The notes below the pieces were generated by a model that saw only the letters and a list, made by a program, of their open reading frames with translations, was not told where the DNA came from and did not search any database. This document shows positions 1 through 9,277 of a DNA stretch of 64,000 nucleotides, in pieces (positions within the stretch are counted from its first letter, which is position 1; every line of letters begins with the position of its first letter). Made by a program: the position numbers and the translations under genes. Source of the stretch: Verrucomicrobiales bacterium. Its GTDB lineage: Bacteria; Verrucomicrobiota; Verrucomicrobiia; Methylacidiphilales; JAAUTS01. Location: NCBI GenBank assembly GCA_031256975.1, contig JAIRPN010000014.1:30957-94956 (forward strand). Direction: 5' to 3'.

Positions 1-152
1 AACAACGGGACGCCCAATTTTTGCTCCAGTTTCCTGATGTGGCGGGAAAGCGGGGGCTGTGAAAGATGGAGGCGGCGCGCGGCTTTGACGAAGCTGAGTT
101 CGTCCGCCACGGCGACGAAGTATTCCAGTTCATGGATGCCGGGACGATTCAT
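1..152 (-). CDS. LysR-family transcriptional regulator, N-terminal HTH fragment (gene continues beyond the 5' window edge)
   Basis: Manual reverse translation from ATG at 152: MNRPGIHELEYFVAVADELSFVKAARRLHLSQPPLSRHIRKLEQKLGVPL. This is the canonical LysR wHTH. It is divergent from the FUSC efflux operon, as aaeR is from aaeXAB. The ORF track omits it because it has no stop in the window. Confidence 0.7.
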   Translation of the reverse strand, partial: MNRPGIHELEYFVAVADELSFVKAARRLHLSQPPLSRHIRKLEQKLGVPL

Positions 153-248
153 ACTGTTTTGGTATCAGTTCTATTTATAATTAGCAATTCAGAAATAACG
201 GAGAACCGCTATCATGAATAGTTTCCCGCTGCGCCGGGAATTGATTTT

Positions 249-2369
249 ATGACTCAAGCCGGGAAACCCTCGCTGAAACAACGCCTTAGTCTGGGGCTGA
301 TTGGCAACCAGTTGCCCTCGGACTGGAGTTATATCCTGTCGCCGAGGCCCGGGGCGGTGGGTTATGCATTGCAGGTCAGCCTGGCGGGTATCTTGTCACT
401 GCTGGTGGCGTTCTATTTCCAGTTGGAAAGTCCGTACTGGGCGGCAGCAACGGCGATTTTGGTGGCGACGCCGACGCACGGGCAGACTTTGTCGAAGGGT
501 TTTTTCCGGTTGTTGGGCACGGTCATCGGCGGTGTGGTGGCGGTATTGTTGATGTCGGTGTTTGCCCAGGCGTCGGATTTGTTTATTTTGCTGTTTGCCT
601 TGTGGATCGGGCTGTGTACTTATGCCGGCACATTGATGCGGAATTTCCGCATGTACGCGGCGGCATTGTCCGGTTATACGGCGGCGATCATCGTGTTTAG
701 CGCCGCGCATCGCCCGGAAAATGTACTGGATATCGCGCTGGCCCGCGTGGCGGCAAACAGTTGCGGTATTGTGGTGACGGCGTTGGTGAGCCTGATGTTT
801 GCCCGTACTTCGGCAATGCAGATCTTGCGTGTCGCCATGACGCAGTCGCTCAACGGTGCGGCGGATTTATTCAGCCAGACGGCGTTAACAGGGAGCACGG
901 AGGAGTTGCGCAGGCGGGCGCACCGGTTGATACAGCAGGTGACGACGCTGGACTCCCTAGTGGAGTTTGCGGCGGCGGAGTCGTCACGAATCAAGCGACA
1001 CCGCGAAGAATTAAGGGTGGTGATCGCCAGTTTGATGAATTCGCTGACGGCAAACTGGGGTTTGGCGCGCAGCATGGCGGCGAAGGGGATGGAACGGATC
1101 GAGGCCGATGCTGAATTGCGGGAATTTCTGCAAGAGGCTTCGGCCCTGCTTAAACGAATGGGACACCATGCGCCGCATGAAGCGATGCTGGAATTGGGGC
1201 GGGAGATTGGTTTTTTCGGCAAAAAGTACCGCCGGTATTTGCAGGAAGTGATTCGCCATGGTGATGTGGATTCCTACCGGACACTGATTGTGCTTAAGAA
1301 CATGCGGCGGATAGTTGACCAGCTTTCCATCGCGCAAGAGACTTGGGGCGCGTATCTTTCCGGCGCCACTCCGGGGCGAAAAGGGAGGATGGCTTACGAT
1401 TTCAATACACGAAGAGCCTTCATTAATGGGTTTCGTTCGTTTACCGCGGTGTTGGCAGCGGGTGTTTTCTGGGTGGAGACGGCCTGGCCTGACGGATCCA
1501 GCATGTTCATGATGACCGCGATCACTTGTTCGCTGCTGTCTTCAAGTATCCAGCCGGTGCGATCCACCGTATCGTTCATCGTGGGGGGGCTGTTGCCGTT
1601 GGTTGTCGCGTTTTTTTGTTATCTGTTCTTGTTGCCGGATATCGACGGATTTCCGTTGCTGGCGGCAATTATGGGGTTGCTTACATTCGTATCCTATCTG
1701 CATTGCGATCCGACCAGACCGGACTTGACGATGGTGTTTTCGTCGACGGCGGTCAATTTTGTCATGTTTTTGCGGTTCACCAACCCGATGAGCTATGATC
1801 TTCAGGGGTTCATCAATAATTCCATCGGAATGATGTGCGGAATGTTCTGCGCTTATCTGGCCTTTACGCTGGTATTCCCGGTTTTGCCACGGGATGAGAT
1901 CGCGCGGACGATCGGGCGCTTCTTGGAGGAGATCCGAACGCTGGCGGGGATGACGCGGACGGCGGTGCAATCGATCTGGGAAAGCCGGATGTATGACCGC
2001 TTGCCGCACATCATGTCATTTTTGGCAATGGAACGGCAGGCGACGCGTTTGCTGCTGGGGGATTTTTTCTCGGTGATTCACATTGGTGTTGAGCTGATCG
2101 GGTTGAAAAACCTGGCCTATACGACCAAGGCCGGAGAGCAGCTCAAGACGGCGATTGCTGATGCCACGGCCCAACTTGTGGAATTTGGGATTAACAATGA
2201 ATTGATTGCCGGGAGATTGGAGGCATCGGCAAATCAATTATTCCGCGAGGGTGTTCACGATGATGCGGGGCGTGCGGATTATTATCATGCGGCAGCTTCC
2301 ATGTTTGAGATCGCTTATTTGATTAATGAACATCAACGCATCCTGACGGAGGCCCAGAAGGTGGCATGA
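249..2369 (+). CDS. FUSC-family (fusaric acid resistance / AaeB-like) inner-membrane efflux protein, paralogue 1
   Basis: 706 aa with two multi-TM blocks separated by a long cytoplasmic helical region. Carries the FUSC-type motif PYWAAATAILV...GQTLSKGFFRLLGTVIGG. ATG start; its stop overlaps the next start (ATGA). Confidence 0.85.
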   Translation: MTQAGKPSLKQRLSLGLIGNQLPSDWSYILSPRPGAVGYALQVSLAGILSLLVAFYFQLESPYWAAATAILVATPTHGQTLSKGFFRLLGTVIGGVVAVLLMSVFAQASDLFILLFALWIGLCTYAGTLMRNFRMYAAALSGYTAAIIVFSAAHRPENVLDIALARVAANSCGIVVTALVSLMFARTSAMQILRVAMTQSLNGAADLFSQTALTGSTEELRRRAHRLIQQVTTLDSLVEFAAAESSRIKRHREELRVVIASLMNSLTANWGLARSMAAKGMERIEADAELREFLQEASALLKRMGHHAPHEAMLELGREIGFFGKKYRRYLQEVIRHGDVDSYRTLIVLKNMRRIVDQLSIAQETWGAYLSGATPGRKGRMAYDFNTRRAFINGFRSFTAVLAAGVFWVETAWPDGSSMFMMTAITCSLLSSSIQPVRSTVSFIVGGLLPLVVAFFCYLFLLPDIDGFPLLAAIMGLLTFVSYLHCDPTRPDLTMVFSSTAVNFVMFLRFTNPMSYDLQGFINNSIGMMCGMFCAYLAFTLVFPVLPRDEIARTIGRFLEEIRTLAGMTRTAVQSIWESRMYDRLPHIMSFLAMERQATRLLLGDFFSVIHIGVELIGLKNLAYTTKAGEQLKTAIADATAQLVEFGINNELIAGRLEASANQLFREGVHDDAGRADYYHAAASMFEIAYLINEHQRILTEAQKVA

Positions 2370-4486
2370 AGAATGCAGCCATACCATTTTGGCCGACATT
2401 TGACGGACTGTGCAAACAGGCGGCCGGGATGTTGCGCTACACCCTGGCGCCCGGGCCGGAGCAGTTCAAATATGCCATCCAGGTCGGTTGCTCGGTGGTG
2501 CTTTCGACCCTGGCGGCGTTTTATTTCGATATCAGTGATCCGTATTGGGCGCCGACGGCGGCCATCGTGGTGGCAAACCGCGTCCATGGCCAGGTATTAT
2601 CCAAGAGTTTTTTCCGCCTGATCGGAACCTTATGCGGAATAGTCATGGGGATTTTTTTGATGGGCGTATTTTCACAGGCGTCGGATTTGTTCGTGGTATG
2701 TTTCGCGCTGTGGATGGCAATTTGTACGTATGCCGGCACCCTGCTGCGGAATTTCCGCACCTACTCAGCCGCGCTGGCGGGTTACACGGCGGCAATCATC
2801 GTATTCGGTTCAATGTCGGCACCGGATCATGTGCTGGAACTGGCTTTGGCGCGGGGCGCGGCGGTGGTGTGCGGCATTTCGGCAACGGCGGTGACCAGCG
2901 TGATTTTTTCGGGACAATCTGCCGGGGACGGCCTGAGCGGAACGATTGAGCGGAGTTTCGATGCTTTGTGCGCGCTAGTCTGCGACGCGGCACGCGGAGT
3001 GGTCGGGCCGGAATTTGAGATGCGTTGTCACCGGTTGGCGAGGAATATCTCGGCGATTCCCAGCGTGATCGAATTTGCGTCGGCGGAATCATCACGGGTG
3101 CGGACTAATCAGGAGAGCCTGCGGCAGGTGGTGGCGGAATTGATGCATTCACTGACAGCCATCTGGTCTTTTTCCCGCAACTCAAATGTTCAGGAAGGAG
3201 ACCGTTTGCCGCCGGATGAACATCTGCAGAGTTTGCGGGAAGAGGCCGCCGCTGTCGCCAAGCGTATCGAAGAATTTCAGGTTGGTGCCGGCGAGGAACT
3301 GGTGGAAGTAGGGCGGCAGTTGGGTTTTTTTGGCGTAAATTACCGCCGTTATGTCGAGCGATTGGCGGCACAGGCGGATGTCCATACGTTTGGCAAACTG
3401 GTGGCGATGAAGAATCTGGCGAAATCATTGGACCAATTGTCGATCGCCCTGGAAGGGTGGAACGCCTATTGCGCGGGAACGAGTCTTGCAGGGCGGGGAC
3501 GGATTGTTTATGACATCGATTATCGGAGCGCGGCGATCAATGCCCTGCGCACCCTGTGCGCGGTGTTGGCCGGCGGATTTTTGTGGATCGAATGCGCGTG
3601 GCCATCAGGGACGTCGGTATTGGAAATGCTGGCGATTGCCTGTTCGTTGTACGCCTCGACCATTCACCCGCGCAGCTCGGCGGTTTCCTACCTCATCGGG
3701 GCGAGCATAGGCTGCGTGATCGCCTTTTGTTGTTATGTATGGATTCTGCCGGCGTTGGACGGGTTTCCATTGCTGGCAGTGCTGGTTTGCGTGGTGATCG
3801 GATCGGTGGTGTTGCACATGGATCCGGCGCGGCCGAAATTTACATCCCGGGCGACCTCATGCGCGACGTTTTTCCTGATTGCGATGCATTTCGGCAACCC
3901 GATGTCTTATGATGTGTCCGGTTTCATCAACCGTTGCGCGGGAATGCTGTGCGGTATTGTGCTGGCGGTACTGGCTTACACGTTGATTTTTCCGGTTTCG
4001 CCGCAATACGAAATCCGCAAGTCACTGGATCGGCTGTTGCGGGAGATTAAGCAACTGGTCTCCGAGAAGGAGCTGGAGATGCGTTCGGTTTGGGAGAGCC
4101 GGATGTACGACCGGTTGGCGCGGGTGATGTCCTATATTGAAATCCAGCGTGATGCGACGAAGTTGCTGGTCGAGGATTTTTTCGCAATGATCCGCATCGG
4201 GGTGGAATTGATTTCGCTGAAAAACCTTTCGCATGCCGAGCATACCGAACCGGAGTTGCGCGCGGCCATTGACGATGCCGTCGCCTGTGTTGGCGGGATC
4301 GGCACGAACAACGAAGCCACGGCGAATCACCTGACGGGCGCCGCGGACAGCTTGTTCTCGCGGAATATTGAAGACAAGGAACGGCGCATGCGCAACTATC
4401 TGGCCGTGGCGTCTTTGAAGGAAATTGCTTACTTGATTCGCAAACACCGGCATATTTTAATAGAAAGAACCACTCCCTATGATTGA
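2366..4486 (+). CDS. FUSC-family efflux protein, paralogue 2 (tandem duplicate)
   Basis: Also exactly 706 aa and collinear with paralogue 1 (PYWAPTAAIVV...GQVLSKSFFRLIGTLCG; same C-terminal WESRMYDRL... block). Overlaps its neighbours by 4 bp (upstream) and 8 bp (downstream). Confidence 0.85.
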   Translation: MKNAAIPFWPTFDGLCKQAAGMLRYTLAPGPEQFKYAIQVGCSVVLSTLAAFYFDISDPYWAPTAAIVVANRVHGQVLSKSFFRLIGTLCGIVMGIFLMGVFSQASDLFVVCFALWMAICTYAGTLLRNFRTYSAALAGYTAAIIVFGSMSAPDHVLELALARGAAVVCGISATAVTSVIFSGQSAGDGLSGTIERSFDALCALVCDAARGVVGPEFEMRCHRLARNISAIPSVIEFASAESSRVRTNQESLRQVVAELMHSLTAIWSFSRNSNVQEGDRLPPDEHLQSLREEAAAVAKRIEEFQVGAGEELVEVGRQLGFFGVNYRRYVERLAAQADVHTFGKLVAMKNLAKSLDQLSIALEGWNAYCAGTSLAGRGRIVYDIDYRSAAINALRTLCAVLAGGFLWIECAWPSGTSVLEMLAIACSLYASTIHPRSSAVSYLIGASIGCVIAFCCYVWILPALDGFPLLAVLVCVVIGSVVLHMDPARPKFTSRATSCATFFLIAMHFGNPMSYDVSGFINRCAGMLCGIVLAVLAYTLIFPVSPQYEIRKSLDRLLREIKQLVSEKELEMRSVWESRMYDRLARVMSYIEIQRDATKLLVEDFFAMIRIGVELISLKNLSHAEHTEPELRAAIDDAVACVGGIGTNNEATANHLTGAADSLFSRNIEDKERRMRNYLAVASLKEIAYLIRKHRHILIERTTPYD

Positions 4487-5366
4487 CCTGAAAAAAATCG
4501 ACAAACGTTACTGGCGCACCGCCGGTGTGGCGTTGCTCACCATCCTGTTTATTTGGGTGCTATGGTATTACTACATGCGCTCGCCGTGGACGCGGGACGG
4601 GCGCATTCGCTCGGAAGTGGTAAAGATCGCGCCGGAAGTACCGGGTACCGTGGCGGACTTAAGGGTGAGGGACAACCAGTTTGTCCACAAAGGGGACATT
4701 CTGTTCTCGTTTGACCAGGAGCGGTTCAAGCTGGCGCTGGCACAGGCCGAGGCGTTGCTGGAACAGCGCCGCCAGGACATGATGATCAAGACCGAACAGG
4801 CCAAGCGCCGCCTTGCGGTCAGCGACGAAGCGTTGCCGCAGGATCAAAAACAAAGTTACAGCGGTGCGGCGGCGATGGCGGTGGCGGCATTCGAACAGGC
4901 CAGGGCGGACCGTGACGTGGCCCGCTTGAATCTGGAGCGTTCGGTGCTGGTGTCGCCGGTCAACGGTTATGTCACCAATTTGCAGTTACGCGTCGGTGAT
5001 TATCTCACCGTCGGCAATCACGCGTTGTCCATTGTGGACAGCGACGCGTTCTACGTGCTCGGCTATTTCGAGGAAACCAAGATGGATCACTTGCGCATGA
5101 ACGCGCCGGTGAAGATCAAGCTCATGGGTTACGGTTCGCCTATGTACGGTCACGTGGAAAGCATCAGCCGCGGCATCTCCGACCTGAACGCCGCCAAGGC
5201 GGAGGAGGGTTTGGCGAATGTGAACCCGATCTTTACCTGGGTTCGCCTGGCGCAGCGCATTCCGGTGCGCATCCATATCGATAAGAAACCGGATGACATT
5301 GAATTGGCGGCGGGAATGACCTGTACCATTTTTGTGAAACGCGGGCAGTGGCAGCCGGATAAATAA
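4479..5366 (+). CDS. HlyD/AaeA-type membrane fusion protein (efflux periplasmic adaptor)
   Basis: 295 aa with an N-terminal TM anchor. Contains an AaeA-like core (SPWTRDGRIRSEVVKIAPEVPGTV..., coiled-coil, barrel-sandwich GDY..VG). Confidence 0.85.
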   Translation: MIDLKKIDKRYWRTAGVALLTILFIWVLWYYYMRSPWTRDGRIRSEVVKIAPEVPGTVADLRVRDNQFVHKGDILFSFDQERFKLALAQAEALLEQRRQDMMIKTEQAKRRLAVSDEALPQDQKQSYSGAAAMAVAAFEQARADRDVARLNLERSVLVSPVNGYVTNLQLRVGDYLTVGNHALSIVDSDAFYVLGYFEETKMDHLRMNAPVKIKLMGYGSPMYGHVESISRGISDLNAAKAEEGLANVNPIFTWVRLAQRIPVRIHIDKKPDDIELAAGMTCTIFVKRGQWQPDK

Positions 5367-5368
5367 CC

Positions 5369-5566
5369 ATGCGAGAGCTCAATATATTCGGCATCTTTGT
5401 CACACCGATGGTGGCTTACCTGATCGTTGCCGCGGTGTTGTACTTCATTGTCCGGCGGTGGCTGCGCCGGTTCCGGCCGGAGCAGTATTTCTGGCACCCG
5501 AAGCTGGTGGAATTCTGTGTATTTCTGATTATTTTATCGTTAGTGGTTTTCGTTTCTTTGGTATGA
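5369..5566 (+). CDS. DUF1656 / AaeX-like small membrane protein
   Basis: 65 aa, two TM helices, VRRWL...YFWHPKL motif as in E. coli AaeX (WHPALF). Sits inside the efflux operon, and its stop overlaps the next ATG. Confidence 0.6.
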   Translation: MRELNIFGIFVTPMVAYLIVAAVLYFIVRRWLRRFRPEQYFWHPKLVEFCVFLIILSLVVFVSLV

Positions 5567-7002
5567 AATTTTCGTCATTAGCGCCGTTATCGGCTGTTTT
5601 GTTGCTAGCGTCCTGCGCGGTCGGGCCGGATTACAAGCGTCCCGAAGCGGGAGCCCCGGTCGCCTTTAAAGAGGGCGAAGGCATTTGGAAGCCTGCGCAG
5701 CCTTCGGATGGCATCCTGCGCGGGGAATGGTGGGCCTTGTTTGGTGACGAGACACTGGACGGATTGGAGCAAGACACGGCGGCGAACAGCCAGCAGGTTG
5801 CCGCTTCGCTGGCGCGGGTGGAGCAGGCGCGGGCGATCGCGGGAATTGTGAAATCGGATTTCTATCCGAAGATTTCCGCCAATCCCGAGGTCACGCGCAA
5901 CCGTTTCTCGCTGACCAGCCCCGCCTACAATCCGGGGGTGGGGCAGTATTTCACAGACATCCAATTGCCACTTGACCTGGAATACGAACTCGACCTGTGG
6001 GGCAAGATCCGCCGCAAGGCGGAAGCGGCCAGCGGCTCGGTGCGGGCGACGGAGGCGGAACATGCGGCGGTGCTGTTGCTGGTGCAAACCGAGGTGGCGC
6101 GCAATTATTTTCTCCTGCGTACGTTGGACGAGGAAATCGCCGTGGTCGGACAAATGGTGGAGTCGCGGGAGAAATCTCTGCGGTTGATGCTGGAGAAACG
6201 TGCCGCACAACTGGAGAGTGATTTTAATGTATCCCGCGCGCAGACCGAACTCTCGACCACCAAAGTGCGTTGCGCGGATTTGGTCGGCAAACGCGGCAGG
6301 CTGGAACACGCACTGGCGGTGTTGCTTGGCAAGGCTCCGGCGAATTTTTCACTGAAAGCAAATCCGCTCATGGCGAAACCGGATGGCAATGACGACATCA
6401 TTTTACCGGAAATTCCCGTGGGTACGCCCTCGGACTTGCTACAGCGCCGGCCCGACATCGCGGAGGCGGAGCGGCGGGTCATGGCGGCCAACGCCCAGAT
6501 TGGCGTGGCCACGGCGGCATTCTTCCCGTCGATCAAAATTTTCGGCCTTGCCGGTTTTGAGAGTGTGGACAGCAGCGTGTTATTTGACAGTGCGAGCAAA
6601 TGGTGGTCGATAGGGCCCAGCCTGCACCTGCCGATTTTCGAGGGCGGGCAGAATATTTCCAACCTGAATCGCAGCGAGGCGGCATATTTGGAAACCGTCG
6701 CCAATTACCGGCAAACCGCCTTGCAGGCGTTTTCCGAAGTCGAGGATACGTTGCTGGGGCTGAAGATACTGAAGGAGCAGTATGCCGATCTGAAAAAGGC
6801 CTCCGTTTCCGCCGATCATGCGCTGGGCTTGGCACATTCGCAATATCGCGAAGGCATCATCTCCTATCTCGACGTGATCACCACCGAGGATTCTGCGCTT
6901 AATATCCGCCAGCAACGGGTTCAGGTGCTGGGACAGCGCTATGCCGCGACGGTGCTGTTGATCAAGGCGCTGGGCGGAGGCTGGGATGATAAATCCGATT
7001 GA
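5563..7002 (+). CDS. NodT-family outer-membrane efflux lipoprotein
   Basis: Start re-set from 5458 to the ATG at 5563 (MKFSSLAPLSAVLLLASCAVGPDY gives a lipobox LASC). The ATGA overlap with the preceding stop supports this. TolC/OMF repeats fill the rest of the protein. Confidence 0.85.
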   Translation: MKFSSLAPLSAVLLLASCAVGPDYKRPEAGAPVAFKEGEGIWKPAQPSDGILRGEWWALFGDETLDGLEQDTAANSQQVAASLARVEQARAIAGIVKSDFYPKISANPEVTRNRFSLTSPAYNPGVGQYFTDIQLPLDLEYELDLWGKIRRKAEAASGSVRATEAEHAAVLLLVQTEVARNYFLLRTLDEEIAVVGQMVESREKSLRLMLEKRAAQLESDFNVSRAQTELSTTKVRCADLVGKRGRLEHALAVLLGKAPANFSLKANPLMAKPDGNDDIILPEIPVGTPSDLLQRRPDIAEAERRVMAANAQIGVATAAFFPSIKIFGLAGFESVDSSVLFDSASKWWSIGPSLHLPIFEGGQNISNLNRSEAAYLETVANYRQTALQAFSEVEDTLLGLKILKEQYADLKKASVSADHALGLAHSQYREGIISYLDVITTEDSALNIRQQRVQVLGQRYAATVLLIKALGGGWDDKSD

Positions 7003-7075
7003 CAGTCATCCTGAATGGAATATTTTCTCAAGCATGTCACTTGTTTCAATACGATCATTTTGCCCCGCGATAAGC

Positions 7076-7384
7076 ATGGGCATGATTTTTGCATTGATCG
7101 GGTGCCTGTTGTTAAACGCCGTTCATTGCCAAGGGATTGCCGGTCACGAGGACAGGCAATCATCGGTAGCAATGGAAAAAGACCGAAATATTCCTTTCCA
7201 GCAAAGCACGGAGGCGGACCAAACGGCGGCTTGCGATAATTTATGCCATAGCTGCTCTTTTTTACCGGTGCAGCCGGAAACCTTTTCTAACTACCTTAAA
7301 CTGGTTTTATCCAGAAGGGTGATTGACGAAAATTGCCCGGACGGCTTGGCCAAGGCCATCGACCATCCGCCTCAGTTAGCCTGA
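7076..7384 (+). CDS. Hypothetical small exported Cys/His-containing protein upstream of the czc-like operon
   Basis: Longest ORF is 6986..7384. An internal ATG at 7076 gives a signal-like N-terminus, MGMIFALIGCLLLNAVHCQG. No recognisable family, so the call is weak. Confidence 0.3.
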   Translation: MGMIFALIGCLLLNAVHCQGIAGHEDRQSSVAMEKDRNIPFQQSTEADQTAACDNLCHSCSFLPVQPETFSNYLKLVLSRRVIDENCPDGLAKAIDHPPQLA

Positions 7385-7523
7385 TTCTTCGTAACCGGCG
7401 TATTAACACCCCGGTTCTTGTTTCCTTATCAAATTTACCCCCGCATGGGGTGTGGGCAATTGTTGCCCGAACGGGTCTTTGGCTGCCCGAATGTTCAGCC
7501 ATGAAAAATTGAAAGAAAAATTC

Positions 7524-7952
7524 ATGAAAAAAATTATTTTTAGCCTCGCAGTTGTAATTTCATCATTAGCCGGTGTCGATGTGTTCGCGGCAAGCCAGTT
7601 GAAAACCGAAGCGGTAAACAACCGGGTATCCGGCATTGTGGTGAAACAGGAAAAGGAAAACGGCCAGACTGTCATTAGCGGGTCCGTTCTTCGTGGCAAG
7701 CCCGCATCGCTGACGCCGGGCGCACATATCCATGTTCAACTGGTGGATGCGCAGAATCGGCTGCTTGCTTGCAAGTCGCAGGGTCTGGCTCCCACGGCGC
7801 CCAGGCGTGATGTTTCGCTCGGTTATCGTTCTTCCTATGCGGTGACATTATCGTCCGCCGAGGCGGCCAGGGCGGACAAGGTGCGTGTGGAATACATTGC
7901 CAATTCACACGATGAATGCACCAGTGTCTGCAGCAAGAAAAACCGTTCATAA
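7524..7952 (+). CDS. Hypothetical secreted protein
   Basis: The ATG at 7524 gives a classic signal peptide, MKKIIFSLAVVISSLAGVDVFA. About 142 aa, no recognised domain. Confidence 0.45.
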   Translation: MKKIIFSLAVVISSLAGVDVFAASQLKTEAVNNRVSGIVVKQEKENGQTVISGSVLRGKPASLTPGAHIHVQLVDAQNRLLACKSQGLAPTAPRRDVSLGYRSSYAVTLSSAEAARADKVRVEYIANSHDECTSVCSKKNRS

Positions 7953-7975
7953 CAATCGATCAGACCAAAACTTCT

Positions 7976-9277
7976 ATGAGTCGTTATACGCTCTGGAAGA
8001 TTGTGTGCTTGGGGATCGCGCTGGTTAGCGCCTCGACGGCCCGTGTCGTCGGGGCGGGTGCGCCGTCCTTCACCGCCACAATTGACCAGCTGATCCGATT
8101 GGGGCTCAGGCAAAATGCCGAGCTTGGGATGTATGAAGCCGAGCTGGCTGCTGCCAAGGGCGAACGCATGCAATCCGGGCTGTGGAAAAATCCGGAGTTT
8201 TCCGCGGAATATGGTTCCCGCCGTGTCTCGGATAATGGGGGAAATTTGCAGGGCGACGGCTACACGCGCAGCTTTGCCGTGATGCAATCCTTTGAGTTTC
8301 CGGGCAAAGGATCCTTGCGCAAGGCAATTGCCGACAAAAACATCGAGTTGGCCGAGCTGGGTTTGCAACAATTTAGGCAGGCCCTGGGAAGGAAAATTCG
8401 CGGCCTCGCATTGAAGTATGTTGCGGCTACAGCCCATGCGGATGCGACCGCTGAGATAAGCGGGCGTTGTGCCGCACTGGTGAAGTTACTGCGTGAACGC
8501 CCGTTGGCCGGTGTGCCCCAATTGCTGGAATTACGGGTGATCGAGGGCAGTTTATCGGAACTGCAGCAATCGGCGAAAGAATTCACGCAAGTCCGGGAAG
8601 AAACGCGGTTGGAATTGAACGCCTTGTTAGGGCTGCCGGCGAGCCAGCCGCTAACCGTGAACGAGGAGTTGGCGCCGCCGCCTGCCGCCGGCATGAGCCT
8701 CGACGCGCTAATCATGAACGGACTTTCCGGCAATCTGCAACTCAAGATGCGCAAGGTGGAAGTGGAAAAAACGGCCAAGCAAGTGTCCGCCGCCAAGCTT
8801 GATATTGCGCCGGATTTCTCGGTTGGGCCCTTTTTCAGCCAGGACAAGGCGGGTGATCTGGAGGAGAATTTTGGCGCCGCAATTTCCGTGACCTTGCCGT
8901 TGTGGAATTGGAACCAAGGAAATATCGGAGTGGCCGAGGCGCGAAGGCAACAGGCAGATATCCTGTTGCACGACGCAAGGCGCAAGGTGGAGGCGGAGAT
9001 TGCGCGCTGTTATCGCGCTTATGAGTTAAACCGGAAACAATTTGCGCAGATGCCGCGACTTGCCGTTGGGGAATTGCGGGAGGCGGCAGATTTGGCTGAT
9101 CGCCAGTACCGCACGGGCGCCATTAGCGTGCAGTTGTTTCTGGATGTGCAACGCCAATTTCTGAGTGTCCAGCAGATCAGGAACAATGTTGTGCTGGAAA
9201 TGTGGAACAACCGGCTGGATCTGGAATTGCTGACAGGATGCCAATTCCCCGACGCCAACCCGGAGGCTGCAAAATGA
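7976..9277 (+). CDS. TolC-family outer-membrane protein (CzcC-like) of the heavy-metal RND system
   Basis: Start re-set to the ATG at 7976 (MSRYTLWKIVCLGIALVSAS). OMF repeat architecture. Its stop overlaps the next start (ATGA at 9274). Confidence 0.8.
   Translation: MSRYTLWKIVCLGIALVSASTARVVGAGAPSFTATIDQLIRLGLRQNAELGMYEAELAAAKGERMQSGLWKNPEFSAEYGSRRVSDNGGNLQGDGYTRSFAVMQSFEFPGKGSLRKAIADKNIELAELGLQQFRQALGRKIRGLALKYVAATAHADATAEISGRCAALVKLLRERPLAGVPQLLELRVIEGSLSELQQSAKEFTQVREETRLELNALLGLPASQPLTVNEELAPPPAAGMSLDALIMNGLSGNLQLKMRKVEVEKTAKQVSAAKLDIAPDFSVGPFFSQDKAGDLEENFGAAISVTLPLWNWNQGNIGVAEARRQQADILLHDARRKVEAEIARCYRAYELNRKQFAQMPRLAVGELREAADLADRQYRTGAISVQLFLDVQRQFLSVQQIRNNVVLEMWNNRLDLELLTGCQFPDANPEAAK

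Noticed and set aside
5458-5562. Upstream extension of the NodT lipoprotein ORF, overlapping the DUF1656 gene.
   Set aside because: The extension overlaps the AaeX-like gene in another frame. The ATG at 5563 gives a proper signal peptide and lipobox, and an ATGA overlap with the preceding stop.
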